A stretch of 54,917 bases of DNA, taken from positions 1-54,917 of the IMG/VR virus record IMGVR_UViG_3300042402_002325; one strand, 5' to 3'. The translations under genes were made by a program, and so were the position numbers. The notes below the pieces were generated by a model that saw nothing but the letters and a program-made list of their open reading frames with translations, was not told the origin of the DNA and made no database searches. Shown here one piece after another: positions 45,227-54,384 of this stretch. The DNA comes from a virus. Lineage: Duplodnaviria > Caudoviricetes. Numbering within the stretch: position 1 is the stretch's first letter; each line of letters begins with the position of its first letter.

Positions 45227-46303
45227 ATGAGTCCTAAAAAGCCTGGTGTCGTAGAAGCGCAAAGTAAGTCAGCACCACTACCACCAACCATTGGGACCGC
45301 TACAGATGTTGGCGGAAATCTAGCTTACAATGCTGGACAAGTATCAGTAACTTTTACAGCACCAACATTTAATGGTAAGCTTCCAATAACTACCTATACA
45401 GTTACTTCATCACCTGGTGGATTTACTAACACAGGATCATCTTCACCAATTGTTGTTGCAGGATTAAATACAGCACCTTCATCCTCTTACACATTTACTG
45501 TTACCGCAACAAATGCAGCAGGAACTTCATCTGCATCAGCTGCATCAAACGCAGTTGCACCAACATCAGTGCCACAAGCTCCAACAATTGGAACAGCATC
45601 TGGAGGAACTTCTGGAGTTGTCTCTGTTCCATTTACAGCTAACAATAATGGAAATAAATCAGTAACAATATTTACAGCAACATCAACTTCTGGGCGTACA
45701 GCAACAAGCGCATCATCTCCTATTGCATTTACAGAAGTAGCAGCAGGAACTTATACATATACTGTTACCGCAACAAATGCAAATGGAACATCTCTTGCAT
45801 CTGCAGCGTCTAATCCTGTTGTTTCTACTTTTGGTCCATTCTTTCCTCCATTCTTTCCATTCTTCCCTCCATTTTTTCCTCCGTTCTTCCCACCATTCTT
45901 TCCACCATTCTTCCCACCGTTCTTCCCACCATTTTTCCCACCGTTCTTCCCATTCTTCCCTCCTTTCTTCCCTCCTTTCTTCCCACCATTCTTCCCGCCA
46001 TTCTTCCCTCCATTCTTCCCGTTCTTCCCTCCTTTCTTCCCACCGTTCTTCCCTCCATTCTTTCCGTTCTTCCCTCCTTTCTTCCCACCTTTCTTCCCTC
46101 CATTCTTCCCATTCTTCCCTCCTTTCTTCCCATTCTTCCCACCGTTCTTCCCATTCTTCCCACCGTTCTTCCCGTTCTTCCCGTTCTTCCCATCATTTGC
46201 ACCACTACCTCCATTCTTCCCACCGTTCTTCCCGTTCTTCCCAGGATTCGTTGGACCGTTCTTCCCAGGATTCGGATCACCAGGTGGAGGATTCTTCGTC
46301 TAA
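45227..46303 (+). CDS. two fibronectin type III domains plus a Pro/Phe-repeat tail
   Basis: Two FN3 repeats (YTFTVTATN.AG.S..S..SN); residues 204-322 contain only P and F. Confidence 0.9.
   Translation: MSPKKPGVVEAQSKSAPLPPTIGTATDVGGNLAYNAGQVSVTFTAPTFNGKLPITTYTVTSSPGGFTNTGSSSPIVVAGLNTAPSSSYTFTVTATNAAGTSSASAASNAVAPTSVPQAPTIGTASGGTSGVVSVPFTANNNGNKSVTIFTATSTSGRTATSASSPIAFTEVAAGTYTYTVTATNANGTSLASAASNPVVSTFGPFFPPFFPFFPPFFPPFFPPFFPPFFPPFFPPFFPPFFPFFPPFFPPFFPPFFPPFFPPFFPFFPPFFPPFFPPFFPFFPPFFPPFFPPFFPFFPPFFPFFPPFFPFFPPFFPFFPFFPSFAPLPPFFPPFFPFFPGFVGPFFPGFGSPGGGFFV
45836..46192 (+). repeat. coding tandem repeat of PPFF/PFF units
   Basis: CCN-CCN-TTC-TTC units with varied Pro codons. Confidence 0.95.
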
Positions 46304-46315
46304 GAGATAAAAATT

Positions 46316-46358
46316 CCCTAGTGTTTGTTTAAATAAAACATTCATTAGGGTTTTTTTT
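46316..46358 (+). terminator. intrinsic terminator
   Basis: CCCTAGTG...CATTAGGG followed by T8. Confidence 0.7.
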
Positions 46359-46419
46359 GTTAAAAAAGTTTTACTTGAATTATGGTATACTTAAATTAAA
46401 TTATTGGGGGGTATATTTA

Positions 46420-47133
46420 ATGTATGAACAAGATGAAAATAAAAATCCTTGGTTTACTAAAGACAGGTCAGAAACTGTTTCTAATCGTGTAGCAGAAAGA
46501 TTTTTAGATAATGGAATCTCTGTTGAAAATTTAGCTTTAGGTCTACACATGTATAAAAATACATTTTCTTTAGATGATGCTAACAGATACATTAACACTT
46601 TAGAGTCAAACCTTGGAAATGATAAAGTTTATAATTGGTCAGATGCTACAGTTACAAATTCTCCAAACCCAATTAAAAAAGCAAGAGACTGCGTTGATTT
46701 TAAGTACAAGCAAGAAAATTTAGGACCACGAAATAGCGACAATGAGCATCTACTAGATCTACATGAAGAGATATATCAAAAACTAAAATACTGTATAGAT
46801 GACTATGCTAAATACTGGGGAATAAGTGTAGTGTATTATGAGGCATTTAACTTTGTAAAATATGAAGGTGTAGGAACACACTTTAATATTCATGCTGATC
46901 ACGGTCCAGCATATAATTGCACCGTTTCTGCTGTAATATATATAAATGATGACTATGTTGGAGGAGATCTAAAGTTTCCAAGATTAGACAACTTAGTCTA
47001 TAAACCAAAAGTTGGAGACATTGCAATTTTTCCATCTAACTACATATACGAGCATGCCTCTCTGCCTATGGAGTCAGGAACAAAATATTGTGTTGTTGTT
47101 ATGACAGATATAAATGAACTAGGGCACAAGTAA
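46420..47133 (+). CDS. 2OG-Fe(II) oxygenase, P4H-like
   Basis: HADH...YINDDYVGG...HAS...KY; start after GGGGG. Confidence 0.9.
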   Translation: MYEQDENKNPWFTKDRSETVSNRVAERFLDNGISVENLALGLHMYKNTFSLDDANRYINTLESNLGNDKVYNWSDATVTNSPNPIKKARDCVDFKYKQENLGPRNSDNEHLLDLHEEIYQKLKYCIDDYAKYWGISVVYYEAFNFVKYEGVGTHFNIHADHGPAYNCTVSAVIYINDDYVGGDLKFPRLDNLVYKPKVGDIAIFPSNYIYEHASLPMESGTKYCVVVMTDINELGHK

Positions 47134-47138
47134 AATCT

Positions 47139-47909
47139 ATGAATTCACAAAATGTAGTTTTTAGATCTTTTAGGCCATGGCTAAACAAAGATAGCAAGTC
47201 TGTTCCTTCACCAACACAGGATACGATTCCAGAATGGTATAAAAAAGCAGATAGATTTGCAAAAAAAGTTAATGGTGAATACTACGAAGCATCAGCACAA
47301 GTTTGCCCTTTTCCAAAAGAAGGTACAACCAGCGATTATGGAAAAATTCCAACATGGAAAGCTTGCCCAGCAATTATGGATGCTTTTTCAACAGGCTATG
47401 TTTTAAAAACTCCATGTGATATTACTTTTTTTAAAAATGCGTATGGAATAATAGACGTTAAAATTGATGATCAAAAACACAAAGATTTTTGTACGCAAAG
47501 ATCAGAAATGGCACAATTTGAACAACCAAAGGGCTATCATAAAACTCATTTTGCCTGGTTTTCTGATTGGGGATTACAGTTACCAGATGGATATAGTGCT
47601 CTATTCATGCAACCAATGAATAGGTTTGATTTACCTTTTTTAAATACTACAGGGGTTGTTGATAGTGATAAAGTTCATCAGCTTGGAACTTTTCCATTTT
47701 TTTTAATTAAGGATTGGGAAGGAACTATTCCAGCAGGAACACCGTATATGCAGATATTGCCATTTAAAAGAGAAAACTGGGATCATCAGTTAGAAATATT
47801 AGACTCAGAAACAATATACAAAGAAAGAACCGAAAATGTAAAACTTTTCCGCCAACCAGACGGCGGTATTTATAAAAATAAAGTTTGGTCTAGAAGAGAA
47901 TACAAATAA
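47139..47909 (+). CDS. DUF6065-like beta-clip protein
   Basis: PEWY, K.CPA..DA...GY, P.GYS.LF.QP.N, GVVDSD, AGTP.MQ..PFKR. Confidence 0.65.
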   Translation: MNSQNVVFRSFRPWLNKDSKSVPSPTQDTIPEWYKKADRFAKKVNGEYYEASAQVCPFPKEGTTSDYGKIPTWKACPAIMDAFSTGYVLKTPCDITFFKNAYGIIDVKIDDQKHKDFCTQRSEMAQFEQPKGYHKTHFAWFSDWGLQLPDGYSALFMQPMNRFDLPFLNTTGVVDSDKVHQLGTFPFFLIKDWEGTIPAGTPYMQILPFKRENWDHQLEILDSETIYKERTENVKLFRQPDGGIYKNKVWSRREYK

Positions 47910-47920
47910 AAGGGGTAATA

Positions 47921-48577
47921 ATGAAAACTTGGACAGATAAGATAGACTACGGCAATGGAATCATTTGCTATAAAAATGTAATAAAGGATGAAATTAAAGT
48001 AATTGAAAGAATTGAGGCAAACTTAAAGCCAGAAGGTGACACAACTGGCTATCACTGGTATCCAGCATATGTTGGCTATAAGCAATTAATGCCAGAGTAT
48101 AGAGATTGCAATGACTTTAAGTTTAAAAAAACAGACATTGAAAACGACACTAGCGAAACATCATTAAACCTTCAATCTTTATGGCAAGATGTTTATGATG
48201 CACAGTTTCCAGCAGTTGAAGATTATAGACAACAGTTTAACATTATGAATTTAAAGTACTGGGAAGCATTTAACTTCATTAAATATGGTCCAGGACAACA
48301 CTTTCAAGAGCATCATGATCATGGGTTTTCTTATAACTGTACAGTATCTTTAGTTGCATATGTTAACGATGACTATGATGGCGGAGAGCTGTACTTTAGA
48401 CTACAGAACCTTACAGTTAAGCCAGAAGCTGGAGATCTTTTTATTTTCCCTTCAAACTTTATGTATCCTCATAGAGCTATGCCAGTACATGCTGGTACAA
48501 AATACTCTATCGTAACTATGCTTGATTATAACAAAAAGTTCCATACACCAGAAATGTATGTTGCAGAGGAAGAATAA
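47921..48577 (+). CDS. 2OG-Fe(II) oxygenase, P4H-like
   Basis: HHDH...YVNDDYDGGE...HRA...KY. Confidence 0.9.
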   Translation: MKTWTDKIDYGNGIICYKNVIKDEIKVIERIEANLKPEGDTTGYHWYPAYVGYKQLMPEYRDCNDFKFKKTDIENDTSETSLNLQSLWQDVYDAQFPAVEDYRQQFNIMNLKYWEAFNFIKYGPGQHFQEHHDHGFSYNCTVSLVAYVNDDYDGGELYFRLQNLTVKPEAGDLFIFPSNFMYPHRAMPVHAGTKYSIVTMLDYNKKFHTPEMYVAEEE

Positions 48578-49305
48578 TGTTAAATATATCTGTTGAAAGA
48601 TCTTTAGATTCAAAGATTATAATCTCTCCAATGTCAATAAAACGAGATTGGATGGATGTGACTCCAGAAAAACATGCTTATAGGTGTTTTCCAGTTACAC
48701 AGGCAAATATGATTGGTTGGAATCTTTCATGTACAGATGATATTGTTTTTATTTGGAATGGAATTAATGACACAAGCTCTGATAACGTTACTATTTTGCA
48801 AGGATCAGATATAACCTATACTGGCAGAGGTCAATCTACTGTAAGCTTCCACACAGGACTAACTTTTAGAACTGAAAAAGATGTTAGTATGTTTACTATT
48901 AATCCAGTAAACTATTTTAATGAAGATTTTGAAACAATGTCTTCCTTAATAAGCACTTCATGGCTAGATACTGCATTTCCTTTAGCAATTAAAGCAAGGT
49001 CAGCTAATAAAGAAATAACAATAAAAGCTGGAACCCCTTTGGCCACTATAGTTCCAGTTTCTTTATCTGCTATGGATAATAGCGTTATTGAAATTTTTGA
49101 CTATTCAGATCCAGATCGTAAAAGACAGATGGCACATCAATCATATGGTGAAGCTGCACAAGAAATTAATAAATCAGGTAAGTGGACTGATTGGTATAGG
49201 GACGCAATAAATGAAAAAGGTGAGAGTGTTGGCTCTCATGAAACCAAGGTTTTGCGTCTTTCTGTTAAGGACAACACAAAAGAAAAAGGAAATGGTATAA
49301 TCTAA
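48577..49305 (+). CDS. DUF6065-family protein
   Basis: RDWMD...HAYRCFP...AN..GW...WNG. Confidence 0.75.
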   Translation: MLNISVERSLDSKIIISPMSIKRDWMDVTPEKHAYRCFPVTQANMIGWNLSCTDDIVFIWNGINDTSSDNVTILQGSDITYTGRGQSTVSFHTGLTFRTEKDVSMFTINPVNYFNEDFETMSSLISTSWLDTAFPLAIKARSANKEITIKAGTPLATIVPVSLSAMDNSVIEIFDYSDPDRKRQMAHQSYGEAAQEINKSGKWTDWYRDAINEKGESVGSHETKVLRLSVKDNTKEKGNGII

Positions 49306-49307
49306 TT

Positions 49308-49982
49308 ATGGACAATATAAACGCTTCTGTTGTAGTTAGAAAGCCTTCATTAACACCTTCTGGTTGGTTTGGCAGTGGAAAAGAAATGATTGTAGAGCTT
49401 GAAAATTTTATGACTCAAGAAGAAATGGACTTTTTAGAAAAGGCTGCAAAGTCTTTAACAATTTGGGATGTTACAGAAAGCCATGTCAATGAAAACGGAA
49501 CAGTTGTTTATGACTCAGAGTACTGGAAAGATAGGGTTGCAACACAACCAAGCTTAGACAAAAATGACCCAAAAATATCACCAGTTATTGCGGGATTATT
49601 TCAAAGACTTAAGCCAATTGTAGAAGAATTTTATAAAGTTAAAGTAACTCCAACTGGAACTACTATTGTTAAATGGCTTCCAGGACAATTTCAAAAACCT
49701 CATGCTGACAAAGAGTTGCATGAAGGGCCAGATGCTGGATTGCCAAATGATTTTCCAAACTACGATCTTTCAAGCCTTTTCTATTTAAACGAAGATTACG
49801 AAGGTGGCGAATTATATTTCCCAAACCAAGGAGTTCAGTTTAAGCCAAAGAAAGGTGCTGCTTACTTTTTTCCAGGTGACATGAATTACATTCACGGAGT
49901 AACAGAGATTAAAAGTGGACTTAGGTTTACTTGCCCATTTTTTTGGGAAATTACAGAGCACACAGGGGACAGGAAACCGTAA
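49308..49982 (+). CDS. 2OG-Fe(II) oxygenase
   Basis: HADKE...YLNEDYEGGE...HGV...R. Confidence 0.9.
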   Translation: MDNINASVVVRKPSLTPSGWFGSGKEMIVELENFMTQEEMDFLEKAAKSLTIWDVTESHVNENGTVVYDSEYWKDRVATQPSLDKNDPKISPVIAGLFQRLKPIVEEFYKVKVTPTGTTIVKWLPGQFQKPHADKELHEGPDAGLPNDFPNYDLSSLFYLNEDYEGGELYFPNQGVQFKPKKGAAYFFPGDMNYIHGVTEIKSGLRFTCPFFWEITEHTGDRKP

Positions 49983-50855
49983 ATGGAAAAACAAAACCTT
50001 GAGCCAATAGAGATTTATCCCAATATTCTTGTCTATAAAAACATGTTTAGGGATATTCAGAAGTCTTACAAAATTTTAACAGACTCATTGGTAGAGTCAG
50101 AAGATAGACTTTTTAGTCCATGGACCAAGTGGTCTCATTTTGGAGAATATTTAAGTCCAATATTCCCTTCTTTTAATCAGATGATGCCTTATGCCAATAT
50201 AAAAGAGCTTCAGCCAACAACAATAACTCAAAAAGAACAACAAGACTTTTTTATAGAAATGCTAGACAACTTTTTTCTAGTTACAGAAGACTATATTAAC
50301 AGAAATAACATAGAGGTAGACAAAGATGCAATCTCTATAGATGAACAAGGATATACAACTCCAACATGGCAATGGTCAGGTGGATCAATAGGAAAATATC
50401 ACGTAAGCGATAGTAATCAAAAAGTTGGAATGAACTATCATTCAGACTATACTAGAGAGCAAAGAGATGCTCCAGGATATAAGTTTGTAATCACCTGTAC
50501 AATTTATTTTAATGATGATTATGAAGGCGGAGAAGTTGACTTTGTAATGGGAGACAAACTTGTAAAATATAAGCCAGAAGCAGGAGATATGTTGGTGTTT
50601 CCATCAGGCCACCCAGACTATTTAACAGAAGATGGAAAGCCTTATCTTCATGGTGTAATGCCAGCTTATAATAAAAATAAATTTTTAGCAAGAATGTACT
50701 GGCAAAAATATGAAAAAGGATCCGACGAGTGGTATGAAAAAGAAAAACAATTTGGTAAAGAGGTTTGGGCAGAAATGCAACCCGAATTACACAAACAGTT
50801 TAGACTAGATCATCCACAAAGAGACGTTATAGAAAATGGAGTAAGATTACAATGA
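49983..50855 (+). CDS. 2OG-Fe(II) oxygenase
   Basis: HSD...YFNDDYEGGE...HGV. Confidence 0.9.
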   Translation: MEKQNLEPIEIYPNILVYKNMFRDIQKSYKILTDSLVESEDRLFSPWTKWSHFGEYLSPIFPSFNQMMPYANIKELQPTTITQKEQQDFFIEMLDNFFLVTEDYINRNNIEVDKDAISIDEQGYTTPTWQWSGGSIGKYHVSDSNQKVGMNYHSDYTREQRDAPGYKFVITCTIYFNDDYEGGEVDFVMGDKLVKYKPEAGDMLVFPSGHPDYLTEDGKPYLHGVMPAYNKNKFLARMYWQKYEKGSDEWYEKEKQFGKEVWAEMQPELHKQFRLDHPQRDVIENGVRLQ

Positions 50856-51598
50856 ATCTAAATAATAAAACTAGAATAACAAAAGATATCGTTATCTATG
50901 AAGATTTTATTACTAGTGAAGAGTGTAAAAAAATGATTCAAGCCCTAGATGCTCAAGCAGATAACGGAGCGCTTTCTTGGATGCCTATATCATTCTATGA
51001 ATCATACTCTTCTGTTCTACCACAAGATAATGATCAAGAAGTACTTGATGCTGGATTGCCTCCAACTATTTTTTCAGACATTGAAGCAAAAATGCCAGAG
51101 GCAATAGCATCAGTTCATGATCTTGATCCAAAAACAATTTCTAAAATTGGATACCACACCCAAAAATGGGAGCCAGGAGCATATGCAAGAATTCATTCAG
51201 ACAATACTGATGAACACGGAAACTCTGGAGCATTTACAAGAAGCAGATATGCAGGATTCTTATATTTAAACGATGATTTTACAGGTGGGCTTTTGAGGTT
51301 CCCAGATCAGAACATAGAGATTCAACCAAAAGTTGGAATGCTTGCTGTTTTTGACGGGGGATTTAATAATATGCACGAAGTATCTTTAATAGAAAGTGGA
51401 GTAAGATATACAATTGGATCTTTTTGGGATGATAGAGAAGAAGATGCTTATCCTCAAGAAGTTAGAGATGCTTGGGCAGAAGAAATGAAAGAAACCAGAG
51501 CCAAGCAAGAAATTGAAAGAGCAGAATGGCAAGAACTTCTAAAGCAGGGCTGGAAGCTTGATAAAGACGGAAACAAATATAAGGCAGAAGAATTATAA
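50852..51598 (+). CDS. 2OG-Fe(II) oxygenase
   Basis: HSDN...YLNDDFTGG...HEV...RY. Confidence 0.9.
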   Translation: MNLNNKTRITKDIVIYEDFITSEECKKMIQALDAQADNGALSWMPISFYESYSSVLPQDNDQEVLDAGLPPTIFSDIEAKMPEAIASVHDLDPKTISKIGYHTQKWEPGAYARIHSDNTDEHGNSGAFTRSRYAGFLYLNDDFTGGLLRFPDQNIEIQPKVGMLAVFDGGFNNMHEVSLIESGVRYTIGSFWDDREEDAYPQEVRDAWAEEMKETRAKQEIERAEWQELLKQGWKLDKDGNKYKAEEL

Positions 51599-51600
51599 AA

Positions 51601-52260
51601 ATGGCTAATTTTTTAGAAAAAGAATTAAAGGAAAATAACTTTAATGTAAAAGAAATAGTACCTGACCTTTTATTAATTGAAGACTATTTACACAAAGAGG
51701 AGCTAGACTACATCCTTGATCTTATAAACAAAACACCAGAGGATGATTGGTATATTGAGTATTTGTCTAATTTAAAAAGATTTTGTTTAGAAAAGTTTGG
51801 AAGAAGCGATGTTGATAATCTGGTTGCTGAAGGAAAATTTGAAATAACACAGGGCTGGGAAGATAAAAACTTAAACATATCTTCAGATCCAATATATAAA
51901 ACAATATATACTAGACTTGACAAACTTGTTTTAGAAGCAGATAATTCTTTAAATTTAAGCGGTTTTGCAACTATACAAAGAATGCAAACAGGAGTTGAGC
52001 TAAAATCACATACAGATCAACATACAGATCCATCAATCAAGTATGCTGCTATTTTATATCTAAATGATGACTATGTAAACGGAGAGCTTTTCTTTAAAAA
52101 TAAAGATATTTCTTTAAGACCAAAACCAGGATCGCTTTTAATTTTTCCAGGAAATGAAGAGTTTGAGCACGGAGTTAAACATGTTGGAGAAGGTCCAATA
52201 AGGTATGTTTTGGTTGGTTTTATTAAGATAACAGATTTTTATGAAAATAATAAATACTAA
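51601..52260 (+). CDS. 2OG-Fe(II) oxygenase
   Basis: HTD...YLNDDYVNGE...HGV...RY. Confidence 0.9.
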   Translation: MANFLEKELKENNFNVKEIVPDLLLIEDYLHKEELDYILDLINKTPEDDWYIEYLSNLKRFCLEKFGRSDVDNLVAEGKFEITQGWEDKNLNISSDPIYKTIYTRLDKLVLEADNSLNLSGFATIQRMQTGVELKSHTDQHTDPSIKYAAILYLNDDYVNGELFFKNKDISLRPKPGSLLIFPGNEEFEHGVKHVGEGPIRYVLVGFIKITDFYENNKY

Positions 52261-52269
52261 GGAGAAAAG

Positions 52270-53013
52270 ATGAATGTAGAAAAGCTAGACCCAAAGGTTT
52301 ATTACTATACAGATGCAATAGAGAATTTTGAAACCTTTCAAAAAACACTTAAAGATCTTGACGAACTTGGCACACCAGAAGACTCAGAGGTTAATCTTTG
52401 GAATAGCTGGACATCATCTAACGATAAAACTTTTATATATGGAGAAACCAAAACATTTGACTTAAATCAAATAAGCAGAATAGATGGTGAAGTAGCTGAA
52501 AAAAGCAAATACGTATATGATGCAATAATGAAAACTCTATATGATGTATGTAAAGACTACGCATCCTCTCTTGGTGATTTTGATGAACCTAGACTGTTCC
52601 CAACTTTTAATATTAAAAAATACAATACTGGTATGGCCATGGGCGCACACTTTGATCAGTTAGACGGTGATCAAACATTAAGATATTCTTTGGTGATGTA
52701 CTTAAACGATGACTGTGAAGGTGGAGAAATATCATTCCAGCTAAAAGACTATGACGGAGGATGGAATAGCTCAGAAGGATGGGTTAGCGGTGCCCCTCAT
52801 GTAGACCTAGACTATGATGTTGCTGTTGCCAACAAAGCAATAGATTTTGGAGTAAAGCCTAAAGCAAATAGCGTAATTATATTTCCAGCATATGCACCAT
52901 ACTTTCATACAGCGCATACCGTAAAGTCTGGTGTAAAGTACATGGTTCCTGGACACTGGATACATAACCACATGGACATGTATCCTCAAAAATCTAACAT
53001 GGGAGTAATGTAA
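52270..53013 (+). CDS. 2OG-Fe(II) oxygenase
   Basis: HFD...YLNDDCEGGE...HTAH..KSG.KY. Confidence 0.9.
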   Translation: MNVEKLDPKVYYYTDAIENFETFQKTLKDLDELGTPEDSEVNLWNSWTSSNDKTFIYGETKTFDLNQISRIDGEVAEKSKYVYDAIMKTLYDVCKDYASSLGDFDEPRLFPTFNIKKYNTGMAMGAHFDQLDGDQTLRYSLVMYLNDDCEGGEISFQLKDYDGGWNSSEGWVSGAPHVDLDYDVAVANKAIDFGVKPKANSVIIFPAYAPYFHTAHTVKSGVKYMVPGHWIHNHMDMYPQKSNMGVM

Positions 53014-53717
53014 TGCAAAGAGAAATACTTGAAGAAAACATATATTATTATAAAAATGCAATCCCAGATCCAAAAAAGTTTATAGAGATCATTGAGTCCA
53101 CTGAGAATGAAGACTTTGGAACTTCTTTAACTAAGTGGAATGAGTGGACAGCCTGTAGTGGAGAAATGTATCTATATGGTTCTCAAAAAACTATTGAGCC
53201 ATCTGATTTTGAAAAAACGGCAGATAAAGATAGCAACCCTGTTAGTTATATATATAACACAATTACTGACTTATTTTACAATGTCTGTAAAGACTATGCA
53301 GTATCAAAAGGAGACATGGAGGAGCCAATGATTCTTCCAGCTTTTGACATTAAAAAGTACAGCGCTGGAACTTTTATGGGTGCACACTTTGACCAACAAG
53401 AAGGCGACACTAGACTTAGATACTCCTTAGTTATTTATTTAAATGATGATTATGAGGGTGGAGAGTTGTCCTTTACAATAGAATCTCCAGATGCTCCAAT
53501 TATTCAGGGTAAGCCAGAAGAAGACTATGATGTATCAAAAGACTCAGATAGAATAACAATAGGAATTAAACCAGAGGCTGGAAGCGTAATTATATTCCCA
53601 TCCTCTCCTCCTTATCATCATACAGCACACCTTGTAAAAAGTGGTTTTAAGTACATGATCCCTATGCACTGGTATAACGATTTATCTGGCGGTACACAGC
53701 CTACGGACAATAGATGA
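53013..53717 (+). CDS. 2OG-Fe(II) oxygenase, close paralog of the upstream gene
   Basis: MGAHFDQ...RYSLV.YLNDD.EGGE...HTAH.VKSG.KYM. Confidence 0.9.
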   Translation: MQREILEENIYYYKNAIPDPKKFIEIIESTENEDFGTSLTKWNEWTACSGEMYLYGSQKTIEPSDFEKTADKDSNPVSYIYNTITDLFYNVCKDYAVSKGDMEEPMILPAFDIKKYSAGTFMGAHFDQQEGDTRLRYSLVIYLNDDYEGGELSFTIESPDAPIIQGKPEEDYDVSKDSDRITIGIKPEAGSVIIFPSSPPYHHTAHLVKSGFKYMIPMHWYNDLSGGTQPTDNR

Positions 53718-54382
53718 AAACAGCTATAGTAACGGGGGCTAGCAAGGGCGTTGGCTATGCTACAGTAAAACTTCTTTCTGAGAGTGGCTACAAGGTAATA
53801 GCTGTCTCTAGAAACCTTTCTAAGGTCAATGAGCTTGTATCAGATAATGTTGAAACATATAAGATGGATATTACAAATCCTAATGAAATTAAAGCATTTT
53901 TTGAAAAATATAAAGACATTACACTTGATCTTTTAGTAAACAACGCAGGCGGTGGATCAGGTCCAACAATGCTTATTAATGAAACAATGGATAACTTTAG
54001 AATAGCATACGAAATAAATGTATCTGGACCAATGTATCTATCTCAGCTTTTTGTTCCATGTATGCAAAGGTCTGATTCTCCAACAATAATATTTGTCAGC
54101 TCTTTAGGAGGAAAAGTTCCATATCGCAGCGGTGGAAATTATATTAATGCCAAAAGAGGCATGATGGCTTTAGTTGATACAATGAGGCTAGAGTTCCCTG
54201 CATACGGAATTAAGGTTACTGAAATATGCCCAGGAACAATTGACACACAAGTAGAAAAACGTGACATAGCATTAACTGCTGAAGATCTTGCGGAGTCTAT
54301 TAGATGGGTTTCAGAGTTGCCAAGCCATTTTAATATAAATCATATTGAAATGAATCATATTAGCAGTAGTAAGTTTGGGTAA
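53714..54382 (+). CDS. short-chain dehydrogenase/reductase (YdfG-like)
   Basis: TGASKGVG, NNAG, YINAK, VTEICPG. Confidence 0.9.
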   Translation: MKTAIVTGASKGVGYATVKLLSESGYKVIAVSRNLSKVNELVSDNVETYKMDITNPNEIKAFFEKYKDITLDLLVNNAGGGSGPTMLINETMDNFRIAYEINVSGPMYLSQLFVPCMQRSDSPTIIFVSSLGGKVPYRSGGNYINAKRGMMALVDTMRLEFPAYGIKVTEICPGTIDTQVEKRDIALTAEDLAESIRWVSELPSHFNINHIEMNHISSSKFG

Positions 54383-54384
54383 AC

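Noticed and set aside
45777-46310. His/Ser-rich (+) and Gly/Arg-rich (-) ORFs over the Pro/Phe repeat
   Set aside because: Alternative-frame shadows of a stop-free repeat; synonymous variation fits the Pro/Phe frame.
3015-53331. Antisense or overlapping ORFs in the track (e.g. 3015-3512, 7564-7965, 17127-17555, 22760-23107, 33391-33651)
   Set aside because: They lie opposite well-supported genes and lack motifs or expression signals.
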